A stretch of DNA of 64,000 nucleotides from a virus. A program made the position numbers and the translations under genes. Below the pieces are notes generated by a model. That model did not search any database and had not been told where the DNA came from. It saw nothing but the letters and a program-made list of their open reading frames with translations. Shown here in pieces: positions 19,033 through 28,090 of this stretch; within the stretch, counting starts at the first letter, position 1; every line of letters begins with the position of its first letter. The stretch covers positions 1 through 64,000 of IMG/VR virus record IMGVR_UViG_3300018481_000001; one strand, 5' to 3'.

Positions 19033-19446
19033 ATGTCGGCGTTCCCCGTTGTGCACCTTCCGTGGTCAGAATTTAAACGTATTCAAGAAACACGAAATCT
19101 GCCTGTTTGTACTGAAAATGGGACTTTTGCTTATTTACTTACCCTGATCGATACCAACGTATGCTGGACCGCGTACATATTCAAACCCACGGATAGTCGC
19201 TACAACGCAGCAATTTATCGTGACTGGGAGCTTCACGATAAAAATCTTCAAATGAAAGTATTTACCATCGAAACACTCACGCATTTAGCCCATACAGTCT
19301 GGCCAGGAACACCATTACGAATTACACAAAAGTCTCCAACACGAGTCATTGTGCGTGTGAAGAACCAGGTTCATTGGGATTTAACTGACCCCGACCCCCT
19401 GTGGATCCTTCACCGCATTTTAACTGCATTAAAGTTTGCGCATTAG
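19033..19446 (+). CDS. Hypothetical protein
   Basis: CTATATT 6 nt upstream of ATG 19033. Confidence 0.55.
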   Translation: MSAFPVVHLPWSEFKRIQETRNLPVCTENGTFAYLLTLIDTNVCWTAYIFKPTDSRYNAAIYRDWELHDKNLQMKVFTIETLTHLAHTVWPGTPLRITQKSPTRVIVRVKNQVHWDLTDPDPLWILHRILTALKFAH

Positions 19447-19483
19447 TCTGTGCTTCTCTGTCTAAAAAGACTAAGTTGCACAC

Positions 19484-21232
19484 ATGGGTCAAAGCGTCTT
19501 TCAAAAATACGCCGGATTGTCACAACCAAGGCCGGGCGGCGCAGGCGTGAGTGTCTTTTCGAGGTTCGAAAAGCTGTCCTCCGTCGCGACGTATGAGCAA
19601 CTGCTCGATTCTGCTCGAGGGCACCTCTCAGAAAACACCATCGATGCAGCTCGGCAAGCCCTGATGCCCAAGCCACGTCTCACGGTGCCCTATCAAACAG
19701 CGCAGAATGCTGCTGCACACGCGGCTACCGACGCTGCGGCCAACTACAGGCCCCCAAGAAACATCGCGCCGCTTACGCCCACGGTTCAACCGTCTGCACC
19801 TAGGGCGGCTACGCCTCCGCCGCGCCCTTCCGTTGCGCCGGAGAGTCTTGCACCCTCCCCTTATACATCCACAGCGCGTGATTCTCATTTCCCGCCGGGA
19901 ATCCCCGACGCACCTATAGACCCACGGTCACAACAGCCCACGGGGTCCTTTGCCCGAGAATCTTTAATTCCTTCCGCAGACACCGTTACGCCTACGACTT
20001 CAGATATTCCGGCCAACGGCCCTCCTACCACTGCCACCTCTACACCTGAAACTCTGCGCGCACGAATTAATAATATCGTACGTAACAATCCAGAACTCGT
20101 TGGCGCGGGTATTGTAGGTACGGGCGTCGGTGGATATGCTCTTTCTGGCAACGATCAAGAAAGAACTGCCAGCGTATTTTCATTGTTTCGAGGATTCACA
20201 AAAGAAGCTATCACACGTGCCGATTCTCGCATCCTTGATCACCGTATGGCCCAAGGCGGTCCTACGACATTTAATACTCCAGGGTTTGAAGACACCCTCG
20301 CTGGTCGCTACAGCCCTGCCGATATACAGCGTTACGTCGCAGGAAAACAAAATGCGCAGCAAATCGGTGGGGCGCGTCAATATGCTGCAAACTCAGGTAA
20401 TGCGGGCCCTCTCGAGTTAGCGCAAAAAAATCTAATCGCACCCCAAGCGCGCGCGCAAATACCTGCGGGACCTGCAGCGCCTGCGCTCACTGATCGCCTA
20501 AAATCATTTAAAGCAAATAAAGCTTTGGGCGCCTCTCCAGCGGCTGCTGCACATGCGGCACAAACGGGCGCTGCAGTAGCGCCTACCGCAGGTGCAGTCG
20601 TGCGCCATTTGCCCTGGAAAGCCCTTGCAGGCGGTATGGCTGCAGGAGCAGGACTACATTATATGTTTGGCGGCTCCAGCCCACCACCGCCGCCTAACTA
20701 TGGTTACGGCAATCCCTACGCCAAAACAGGAAGCCAACACATGGTACAAAGTGTTTTCGCCAAATTTTCAGGTATTCCTGTCACCAAAACCGCAAGCGTA
20801 TTTGAACAATTTGGCGGCATCAAAGAAGCGGGAAATCAACAACGTAAAATGCAGCGTCGCGCGGAAAAACTCGAGGCTAAAAACAATCCCAAGCCTGCCG
20901 CCAAACCGCGTACCTATGCCAAGCCTATGCCGCCACCGGTAAAACGAAACGCGGCTCCAGCAGACTTTGGCCCGTCACAACCCAAAGTCTCGTTGCCACC
21001 GCCGCCCATTCCTCCTGTTGAAGTGCCCCTTCCTCTTACCGCGAAGGTCGATGAAGCGGTCCATGCCGCCCGCGCCGCCCGCGCCGCCCGCGTCGCTGCG
21101 CAGCAGGCCCCACCCCCTTCGCGGGGTCTTCTGCGCCGGGCCCTCCTGCCAGCGGCCCTTCTCGCGGGCGCAAGCGGCATTGGCTACGGCCTTTATCAAA
21201 ACCATCGCGCCGCCGAACCTGCGCAGATCTAA
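19484..21232 (+). CDS. 582-aa tripartite Pro/Ala-rich protein with repeated SVFxxF motifs and three Gly-rich hydrophobic helices
   Basis: Five SVFxx[FY] motifs; KEA/KTA/KLS boundary motifs. Confidence 0.75.
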   Translation: MGQSVFQKYAGLSQPRPGGAGVSVFSRFEKLSSVATYEQLLDSARGHLSENTIDAARQALMPKPRLTVPYQTAQNAAAHAATDAAANYRPPRNIAPLTPTVQPSAPRAATPPPRPSVAPESLAPSPYTSTARDSHFPPGIPDAPIDPRSQQPTGSFARESLIPSADTVTPTTSDIPANGPPTTATSTPETLRARINNIVRNNPELVGAGIVGTGVGGYALSGNDQERTASVFSLFRGFTKEAITRADSRILDHRMAQGGPTTFNTPGFEDTLAGRYSPADIQRYVAGKQNAQQIGGARQYAANSGNAGPLELAQKNLIAPQARAQIPAGPAAPALTDRLKSFKANKALGASPAAAAHAAQTGAAVAPTAGAVVRHLPWKALAGGMAAGAGLHYMFGGSSPPPPPNYGYGNPYAKTGSQHMVQSVFAKFSGIPVTKTASVFEQFGGIKEAGNQQRKMQRRAEKLEAKNNPKPAAKPRTYAKPMPPPVKRNAAPADFGPSQPKVSLPPPPIPPVEVPLPLTAKVDEAVHAARAARAARVAAQQAPPPSRGLLRRALLPAALLAGASGIGYGLYQNHRAAEPAQI

Positions 21233-21235
21233 AAA

Positions 21236-21412
21236 ATGCGCCTCAAACGCATACCATGCACCCGGTGTAAAAAATTTACCTACCGTGCCTTGGTACTGCG
21301 TTCTGAGGAACACGCGCTGCAGGAAGAACGACCGCGCAACCAGGTGACGCTTTGTCCTAGTTGCGCAAATTCTTTTAAATTGTGGCTCACGGCGTTTAAC
21401 GTCGTGCCTTAG
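21236..21412 (+). CDS. Small Zn-finger protein (58 aa)
   Basis: My translation: MRLKRIPCTRC...LCPSCANSFKLWL. Confidence 0.55.
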   Translation: MRLKRIPCTRCKKFTYRALVLRSEEHALQEERPRNQVTLCPSCANSFKLWLTAFNVVP

Positions 21413-21810
21413 ACCTGCGCGTAGGTATACCCGCTTTTGTAATCTGCGGTCACATAATCCATGCGTGGATTTCCTTCAAGCGCATAAGAAATCATTTTGG
21501 CCAGAACTTCTTCTTTGCTGCCGCTTACGTTGGCCGCCATAGATACCCACAACGTATTGCCGTCAGAGTAACGCTGAAACGCAACGAACATAATTTCGTC
21601 AGTTTCTTCCGGTGCTTCGAGCATGGTTTCACGCACCTTGATAGCGACGTACTCGCGGTTGTGCGGGTCAATGCCGTAGTAAAGGCCCGAACCGAAATTT
21701 TCCGGACGGAGCTTATCAAGATATCCCGTGTGCCCCACTGCGTCTTCCGTAAGGTCGAGATGGGTAACAGAAATATTATTGGTTTTACAAAAATCAATGA
21801 TTGTGTTCAT
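21409..21810 (-). CDS. Hypothetical protein
   Basis: GCGGTATA motif immediately upstream. Confidence 0.65.
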   Translation of the reverse strand: MNTIIDFCKTNNISVTHLDLTEDAVGHTGYLDKLRPENFGSGLYYGIDPHNREYVAIKVRETMLEAPEETDEIMFVAFQRYSDGNTLWVSMAANVSGSKEEVLAKMISYALEGNPRMDYVTADYKSGYTYAQV

Positions 21811-21817
21811 ATGTGCG

Positions 21818-21829
21818 TATACCGCAGAA
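21818..21829 (-). promoter_or_regulatory. GGTATA-class phage promoter core
   Basis: ttctGCGGTATA, identical 12-mer to 19003-19014. Confidence 0.65.
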
Positions 21830-21859
21830 CATACGTATTTTTTGTGCTATACCTGGCCC

Positions 21860-22198
21860 ATGAGCGAAGTAACCCCCAGCCCCAAATCCGTGCGCCCCAC
21901 GGCTGATGCGGATGACCTACAAAAGACTCCGGTTACCCTGGGCGTTGTTTTAAAACTGCTTGTCTGGGGCGGCGGTATCATGGCCGCCGTCGCGGTGTTC
22001 TTTTTGCTGCGCGACTACAGCCGAGGAGAGCAGCTTTCCGAAGTGCGTGCTTCCGTCGCCAAGGTCAGCGTACAAATTAGCAATATTGAAGAGCATTTAA
22101 ATCGTATTGATCGACAGCTCGATCGCAGTGCAGAACTTGAACGAGAAAACGCGGCCAAGCTCGACCGCGTACTCCTCGAACTGCGCAGTAAACCCTAA
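21860..22198 (+). CDS. Single-TM plus coiled-coil protein
   Basis: MSEVTP start; TM helix followed by heptads. Confidence 0.65.
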   Translation: MSEVTPSPKSVRPTADADDLQKTPVTLGVVLKLLVWGGGIMAAVAVFFLLRDYSRGEQLSEVRASVAKVSVQISNIEEHLNRIDRQLDRSAELERENAAKLDRVLLELRSKP

Positions 22199-22416
22199 TC
22201 TGGGTTCTTGCGATTCACCCAGTTCTCCATTTTATCTGCCAGCGCGCGTGCTTCTGCAACCTTGGGCGCCGGGCATCCACGCTCCTCCGCTTGCACAGCC
22301 CACTCTCGCACAAGCGCCGGTGCCAACCTATCCTGTGCGCGCAACACAAAAATAGGCTCATTATCGGCTGCTTTGGCGAAGCATCCGTTTTCCAGTTCCT
22401 CGCGCTTTGTTGCCAT
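22195..22416 (-). CDS. Conserved phage hypothetical protein (EPIFVLRAQD family)
   Basis: SD GAGGAG; recognisable EPIFVLRAQD..A...VR.WA motif. Confidence 0.7.
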   Translation of the reverse strand: MATKREELENGCFAKAADNEPIFVLRAQDRLAPALVREWAVQAEERGCPAPKVAEARALADKMENWVNRKNPD

Positions 22417-22645
22417 GAAGCAGCTCCTCAACTTCTTTGAGTGTTTTATCTATTTCTGAAAACATACGCGCGTGTGTGCGCTCTAGGTTGCGTAAATTAC
22501 GCTTCATTCCTTTATCACCGCGCCGGGTCATAAGTCGACGTGCGATAAGAAATGACACTAATATTTTACGCCGAGCACGTCGAGACAGCGTGGGATTTTC
22601 ATCTGCGTCCATGCGAGCAATGACACGCTCGCTCCACGTACACAT
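22361..22645 (-). CDS. Basic hypothetical protein
   Basis: SD GGGGAGG 9 nt before ATG 22645. Confidence 0.45.
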   Translation of the reverse strand: MCTWSERVIARMDADENPTLSRRARRKILVSFLIARRLMTRRGDKGMKRNLRNLERTHARMFSEIDKTLKEVEELLHGNKARGTGKRMLRQSSR

Positions 22646-22726
22646 AGAAAAGTGCCTCCCCAATTCCCGCAGAGGGGGAGGCCCTCTCTGCCGTTTGACC
22701 GGTAAACGGGAAACTCATTAAATGAA

Positions 22727-22906
22727 TCACAGCGACACCCTCGTCACGTCGACAACGCGGATAAGCCGTGTTTCGTTATGGCACGCGGTACACTGGATAA
22801 TAATCTCGTGCGTCTCGAGATCCAAGTCGTAAAGCTTTTCACGTTTACAGTGTCTGCACTGCAAACGTTGAAAAAAGCGTCGCGGCTCAGGAATTAGCCG
22901 TGCCAT
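22727..22906 (-). CDS. Small Zn-ribbon protein (59 aa)
   Basis: My translation: MARLIPEP...QCRHC...IQCTAC. Confidence 0.55.
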   Translation of the reverse strand: MARLIPEPRRFFQRLQCRHCKREKLYDLDLETHEIIIQCTACHNETRLIRVVDVTRVSL

Positions 22907-23034
22907 CAGATTTGGTTGGCGGCTTAGGTTGACCTGCTAATTCACGAGCTTTTTTCTCTAGGCTCTTCAAAAATTTTTTCCAGAGATAGCCAACACCTTT
23001 GGCTTCGAGTATGCGAAGTTTTTCTTTTAACACG

Positions 23035-23634
23035 TTAAAAAAGTCTACCTAGACGATTAAGGTATTCTTTTTGCTGTACATCGTCCCGGTCATGATATGC
23101 GTCAGAAATTTCACGGGCCTGGTCCTCAAGCGCGTTGCGTGCTGTACGTTTTTCATTTAATTGATTACGTAATTCATCAGTTTTTGCTCTATGCGGTGCA
23201 TGTAATACTTCATACTCCTCATTTGTCATCTCTGGGTTGTTACGCAACATGTCAGTAAAATTATTGTCATGTGTCTTTAATTCTTTTCCTATATCATCAA
23301 CTTTTTGATAGTGCGCAGTAATTGCCGGATCAAGCTCCATTTGCTGGTTTCGATATACCGCACGTTCTTGGCGCTTAAAATCCCGATACTTATTCGTAAT
23401 ATTCCTGTTAATTAAATCTTTACCTACGCCACCCAACACTCCGCCACCCAAGGCACCTAAGGCTACACCCGTTCCTTTGCGGTCTTCAGGCGCTGCCAAA
23501 TACCCGCCAGCTCCACCCACGGCAGCGCCCGTTCCTATACTCTTTGCATATCCCCCAAAATCAAAGTGTCGCGGCATTGCAAAACCTAATTTTGCAAAGG
23601 CCGCTTTTTTACCGAGGTTATAATAAATAGACAT
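23035..23634 (-). CDS. Leader-family glycine-zipper plus coiled-coil protein
   Basis: MSIYYNLGKKAAFAKLGF; APEDRKG hairpin. Confidence 0.8.
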   Translation of the reverse strand: MSIYYNLGKKAAFAKLGFAMPRHFDFGGYAKSIGTGAAVGGAGGYLAAPEDRKGTGVALGALGGGVLGGVGKDLINRNITNKYRDFKRQERAVYRNQQMELDPAITAHYQKVDDIGKELKTHDNNFTDMLRNNPEMTNEEYEVLHAPHRAKTDELRNQLNEKRTARNALEDQAREISDAYHDRDDVQQKEYLNRLGRLF

Positions 23635-24026
23635 TAGAAAGGCCTACGCAACCGTGCATCAAAGGCCGCCTCGGCACGCGCACCAATGCCATTCATTTTT
23701 TCTCCAAACGCGACGGCATCACCGTTGCGCTTGGAATTGACTACATCGCGCGCTATTTCATAGTCTTTCATGGCCTGTTGCGCAGCACGCGTATTAATCA
23801 AATGCTTAACGCCACTTCCCGCAGCCGCACCCCCGGCACCACCTAACGCAATACCACGAAGTTTGTGGTCATCGTCAGAGCCTAAATAACCCCCCAAACC
23901 GCCGACGGTACCGCCAATGCCCATGGATTTCAAATGTCCGACGAGCTCGCCGTCCATCGCACTAGGCAATTTTAGTCCTAGTTTATGAAACGCATCGCGC
24001 TGTCCGCGTTGATAGTACGTACGCAT
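23634..24026 (-). CDS. Leader-family glycine-zipper protein
   Basis: MRTYYQRGQRDAFHKLGL; TAATG coupling on both sides. Confidence 0.8.
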   Translation of the reverse strand: MRTYYQRGQRDAFHKLGLKLPSAMDGELVGHLKSMGIGGTVGGLGGYLGSDDDHKLRGIALGGAGGAAAGSGVKHLINTRAAQQAMKDYEIARDVVNSKRNGDAVAFGEKMNGIGARAEAAFDARLRRPF

Positions 24027-24925
24027 TACCAAAATCCTTTGTTTAGGTCACCAACGAGACCTTCTGTTATCGGTATTTGTTGAGCGACCTGGCGTAGGTT
24101 AGCTTGAGACATTGCCTTGGACCCGCCACTCACCGCACCGCCCAAGAGCGCGCCACGCAAAAGACCTTTCAACCTTAGTTCTTTTATTCTTTCTGGAGTC
24201 TGCTCTTTAAACCTATTTTTATTAAGCTTAGTTCCCCAAAAATCGGTGTATTTGTCGTTTTCTTCGCCGTAGGTTGGCCCGAGAAGAGCTCCGGCTCCGC
24301 CACCTACGGCGGCTCCCGCAGCAATTCGTGCGGCTAGCGCTTTCCCCGGCGAAGCAAAACTCAGTTTAGTAGTTTCCGGAAGCGCACGAGGCGTCGCAGG
24401 TCGTACATTAACTACTTTGAAAGGCTCTGCGCGTCGGGCCGCACGCGCTGCACGCATTGCCTTGACGTCCCTTGTAAACGAACCCACTTCGTCCAGCGCA
24501 CGCGCGCCTTGGTGTCCCAAAGCACCGCCGATAGTAGACCCCAATAGGATACCCAAGCCAGGTGTATCCTCGTCAGCTGCAGTATATCCCGCTACACCTC
24601 CCGCTGCCGTACCGAGCAATTCCGGGCCAGAGGCCATAAGTTGTTTGCGCAACTCTCTCGCCTTGTCGATTTCCGGAACCAAGGCACTTTCAAAAATGTG
24701 CGCCGAACGCGGTCCTTGCAAAGCGTGGTATCCGCCGAGAGCGCCCCCTGCTGCACCAACAAGAGCGCCCGTACCGACACCCACGCGCTCAGGGTCGGCA
24801 GCGATCGCGCCAAGAAGTCCGCCTGCCGCTGCACCCCCCACAGTGCCCCATGCATTCATGCTTGGCGTAATTGGAAAACCTAATTTCATCAACGCTTCAC
24901 GACGACCTTGTTCGTAGTAATTCAT
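24026..24925 (-). CDS. Leader-family protein with three glycine-zipper hairpins
   Basis: MNYYEQGRREALMKLGF; internal TKLS before the third hairpin. Confidence 0.8.
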   Translation of the reverse strand: MNYYEQGRREALMKLGFPITPSMNAWGTVGGAAAGGLLGAIAADPERVGVGTGALVGAAGGALGGYHALQGPRSAHIFESALVPEIDKARELRKQLMASGPELLGTAAGGVAGYTAADEDTPGLGILLGSTIGGALGHQGARALDEVGSFTRDVKAMRAARAARRAEPFKVVNVRPATPRALPETTKLSFASPGKALAARIAAGAAVGGGAGALLGPTYGEENDKYTDFWGTKLNKNRFKEQTPERIKELRLKGLLRGALLGGAVSGGSKAMSQANLRQVAQQIPITEGLVGDLNKGFW

Positions 24926-24936
24926 GGTATTTTTCC

Positions 24937-26148
24937 TTACCGCAAACCCTTCATGAAATTAGCGACAGGCTTTGACGCTTGATAGAAATTCTTCAAATGC
25001 GGGTAATTTTCTTTAGCCAACCCTACCGCTTCACGTAGCGAAGTAGGTGCTTTCGCATTCATGAGTTTTCCACCGAGTTCTCCCAAGTGCCCCGCTGAAT
25101 CTCGCGTAGCATCTCTTATATGCTGCGGAAGAAGCATTTGTTCAGACCGAGGGAGTCCTGCAAACATTTCTTGGAGTACATGATCTGCAGGCAACCTTCT
25201 TTTTCCTTCGTCTGCTATCTCCGTCATAAACTGCTGCCCCGCCGCGCGTGCTTGTGCAGGTTTACTAATTAGATGCGCTTTATCGCGCATCATTTTTTCA
25301 ACAGCACGTTGTTGCCGCCCCCCGAGCGGTAACGGACTATCTGGATGCGCGCCTGCACGACGGCGTAGCGCTGCCGTGAGTCTATCGTCGGGATTACCTT
25401 GCCTCAAATTTTGTAGAGTACGTACGGCTTCCGGGTCACCCTGCACCGCGAGTTCTTCACGCAATAGCGGCTCAATACCTGCGTGCGTCGCATGCGCGTG
25501 CTGAATCGACCGTCCTTGTGGATTGGTATTCAGCATCGTATTGCGTTCGCCAATTTCGTGTTCCAACACGCCATGATTAAGAGAATCATCCACTGATTTA
25601 CGTGGATTGAGAAATATTGGAGCTAAATTAGTGGGATCTTTTGTAGAAAGATCTGCACGAAACGCTCCGTAAGGCCCATCTTGCATGGACCGTAAAAATT
25701 GTCCCGAATCATCTCCTGCGAACACGCCGGGCCGATTACCTGCGCCATGCATCGGCACTGTTGCGGGCCCTGCTCCAGGAAACATTTGATTATGGATACT
25801 CGCTTGGTCTAACACTTCGTTTGAAATATTCCCTAGATCCTCAGGATTTTTTTCAATTGTTTGGCGCGCTTTATCAGCTAATGAATATGTATTTCGATCT
25901 TTGGCAGCGCGCAGCGCACGTAGGCGCGCTACCGCTTCAGGCGTCTGTTCCGCAGGAGCCATCGCATTCATACGCGTAAAGCCCTTGCCCATTCCCGACT
26001 GTCCCATTGATGCTGGAAGCCTTGGGTCTACGTCGTGATAACCAACGTTTCCTTCCAAGACTTCTTTGTCGAGGCGTGATGCGGCAATTTTCGCTAAACC
26101 CAGTTTTACACAGGCAGCTACGTAACCTTCATAATAAAAATTATTCAT
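24937..26148 (-). CDS. Leader-family protein with HExxE...HATH motif (paralog of 31268-32245)
   Basis: MNNFYYEGYVAACVKLGLAKIAASRLDKEVL. Confidence 0.75.
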   Translation of the reverse strand: MNNFYYEGYVAACVKLGLAKIAASRLDKEVLEGNVGYHDVDPRLPASMGQSGMGKGFTRMNAMAPAEQTPEAVARLRALRAAKDRNTYSLADKARQTIEKNPEDLGNISNEVLDQASIHNQMFPGAGPATVPMHGAGNRPGVFAGDDSGQFLRSMQDGPYGAFRADLSTKDPTNLAPIFLNPRKSVDDSLNHGVLEHEIGERNTMLNTNPQGRSIQHAHATHAGIEPLLREELAVQGDPEAVRTLQNLRQGNPDDRLTAALRRRAGAHPDSPLPLGGRQQRAVEKMMRDKAHLISKPAQARAAGQQFMTEIADEGKRRLPADHVLQEMFAGLPRSEQMLLPQHIRDATRDSAGHLGELGGKLMNAKAPTSLREAVGLAKENYPHLKNFYQASKPVANFMKGLR

Positions 26149-26594
26149 GGCATTACCTGTTGGGCAGCCTGCGGATAAACACGCTGAAAATTGGCCTGTA
26201 CAGCAGGGTTATTGATCCCCTGCACGTGCGCAGCATGCGCAGCCATCGCCTGTTGATATGCTGCAGGCCCTTCACCATGCGCACCAACGGCCTTCCCCAA
26301 GCTCTCGAACGCCTGCGGGTTATTTCGCATATTCAAAATATGTTTGGTCATAGGATGTCGCGCAGCACCCACGCCATATCCACCTGCGCCGCCCAGTGCG
26401 CCGCCTATCAACGCGCCGCGTACACCGTGCCCTTCATCCGCCGCGAGAGCCCCCGTACCCGCGCCCAACACGCCACCAACCGCTGCATGCTGCAGCGCAG
26501 AACGGCCTGCATCGCCAAGGCGGTGAAGGGCTGCTGCGTCTAACCCAAGCTTAGAAAATGCAGCTGTTTTTCCTTGTTCATAAAAAATACTCAT
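26145..26594 (-). CDS. Leader-family glycine-zipper protein
   Basis: MSIFYEQGKTAAFSKLGL. Confidence 0.8.
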   Translation of the reverse strand: MSIFYEQGKTAAFSKLGLDAAALHRLGDAGRSALQHAAVGGVLGAGTGALAADEGHGVRGALIGGALGGAGGYGVGAARHPMTKHILNMRNNPQAFESLGKAVGAHGEGPAAYQQAMAAHAAHVQGINNPAVQANFQRVYPQAAQQVMP

Positions 26595-28090
26595 GCTGTC
26601 TCCGCATCTCTCTGCTTGAGCAGTTCAATTACCTGATCATTGAGCTTGAGTTTATCTCGAGCCAACTGCGACATATACGCATCCGACGCCATGTCTGGAT
26701 TTTTTCGACCACGAAGACTGTCCAACCAGCCAGGGCGTTTTTCGGACAAATACCGTTCCACGTGCACATTGCGCTCTTCTTCAGGCAGTGCCTCGTGACT
26801 CTTGTAACGAACGCCTCGACCAATAATTTGTCGGATTTTTTCTTCGTTGAAATGCGGCTCGAGAAGCTGCACTTGTCGCGTGCCCTTGAGATCCAGCCCT
26901 TCGCCACCGGCTGAACTCAACAAGAGTGCTTTGAGCTTATTTTGATTATAATCAGAAACCAATTTATTACGTTCGGTCGTGTTCATGCCGCCACGGAAAA
27001 GACCGTACGGAACATTATTTTGCTTGAGCAAATGCTCATACGGCAACAGCCCGCCCTGTAGATAATTCGAATACACCACTGCTTTGTGGTTCGGATTTTC
27101 TTTATTACGCGACATAAAGCGGTCAAATGCGGCTTGTATCTTTGGGCTTTGTGCAACCGCTTCATCCATTGACATGCCTTCAACGAACGGTTGCGGGCTA
27201 TTCGAAACTTGACGCTGTCCCGACAAAAATGATGTCAGGCTTTTTGCTTCTTGTTTGCTGGGCGGTAACCCTGCTTCTATTTTCCGCCGCACCCACCACG
27301 GTGCTTTATTGAGCATCGTATCGTAAATATCTTGCTGGCTCTTCGACATGGGGACAGAAATTGTTTCTTCTGTCGATCCAGGGAAATTTGTGTTCCCCGC
27401 GTTACCATGATAATCAACCCATTTGTCCAAGACCGATTTTAGCTGCTCTGTATTATTGAGCACACGCTGTTCGCCGGGTCGCACGCCTTTGAAGCGCTGC
27501 CACAACGAAGGATTTACTTTCTCCGTTCGAGTAAATGTATCTTCAAAAGTTTTGCGATCATCTGGCAAAAGCTTTTTTCCCGCTGCCAGATTTACCAGAG
27601 CGGCCAGATCTGCGGGATGATTGTACACAGGACTCGCTGTCAGCAGCATGCGCTTTTGAGGCGAGAGACTGCGAAACAGCTGGTTGGCTTTGGTCGAAGG
27701 GTCTCGCAACCGGTGCGCTTCGTCGACCACCAATAAACCATTGTTAAGTCGACTTGCTTCTTCAGGTGCCGTCGTCAATTTTTGCAAAGAATGAACATTA
27801 AATCCTTCGCCCTTTTCAGCGCGATGTGTATTTAATTCTTTTGCATAATTGCCCTGCAACGCAGCAGGCACTACAATATTGCGTGGCATGTCCAACGCAT
27901 CCGCAGCTGCAATGGACGAAAGTGACTTGCCCGATCCCAAACCGTGCGCAACAACCAGCCCTTCCTGGTCGCGTAACCGGTCCCGAACACGCTCCTGGTG
28001 CGGCTGTAGCGTGGTCAATACGCGAGCATATTTGACTATGCCCAGCGTGAGCAGAGCATCCCCACGGCCCTGTGTGTAGCTTTCACTCAT
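26591..28090 (-). CDS. SNF2-family (SF2) helicase/ATPase with an N-terminal leader
   Basis: HGLGSGKS (I), VVDEAH (II), LTASP (III), SAGGEGLDL (V), QIIGRGVR (VI); leader YTQGRGDALLTLGIVKYA. Confidence 0.92.
   Translation of the reverse strand: MSESYTQGRGDALLTLGIVKYARVLTTLQPHQERVRDRLRDQEGLVVAHGLGSGKSLSSIAAADALDMPRNIVVPAALQGNYAKELNTHRAEKGEGFNVHSLQKLTTAPEEASRLNNGLLVVDEAHRLRDPSTKANQLFRSLSPQKRMLLTASPVYNHPADLAALVNLAAGKKLLPDDRKTFEDTFTRTEKVNPSLWQRFKGVRPGEQRVLNNTEQLKSVLDKWVDYHGNAGNTNFPGSTEETISVPMSKSQQDIYDTMLNKAPWWVRRKIEAGLPPSKQEAKSLTSFLSGQRQVSNSPQPFVEGMSMDEAVAQSPKIQAAFDRFMSRNKENPNHKAVVYSNYLQGGLLPYEHLLKQNNVPYGLFRGGMNTTERNKLVSDYNQNKLKALLLSSAGGEGLDLKGTRQVQLLEPHFNEEKIRQIIGRGVRYKSHEALPEEERNVHVERYLSEKRPGWLDSLRGRKNPDMASDAYMSQLARDKLKLNDQVIELLKQRDAETA

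Noticed and set aside
18309-19076. 255-aa Thr/Ala-rich plus-strand ORF
   Set aside because: It is antisense to two hydrophobic genes that have their own SD and promoter motifs; its composition is what their reverse complement would give.
21065-21091. (GCCGCCCGC)x3 repeat, and the CCG/CCA run at about 9159-9189, as phase-variable tracts
   Set aside because: Both are in-frame low-complexity coding sequence (AAR repeats and poly-Pro); unit lengths are multiples of 3, so slippage would not switch frame.
22195-22416. Possible anti-defence sponge role for the EPIFVLRAQD protein
   Set aside because: The family is recognisable as common in phages, but I cannot support a function from the sequence.
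23035-26594. Glycine-zipper genes as bacteriocins with double-glycine leaders
   Set aside because: The leader ends in KLG rather than GG/GA, no peptidase-ABC exporter is in the window, and the same leader sits on a helicase.
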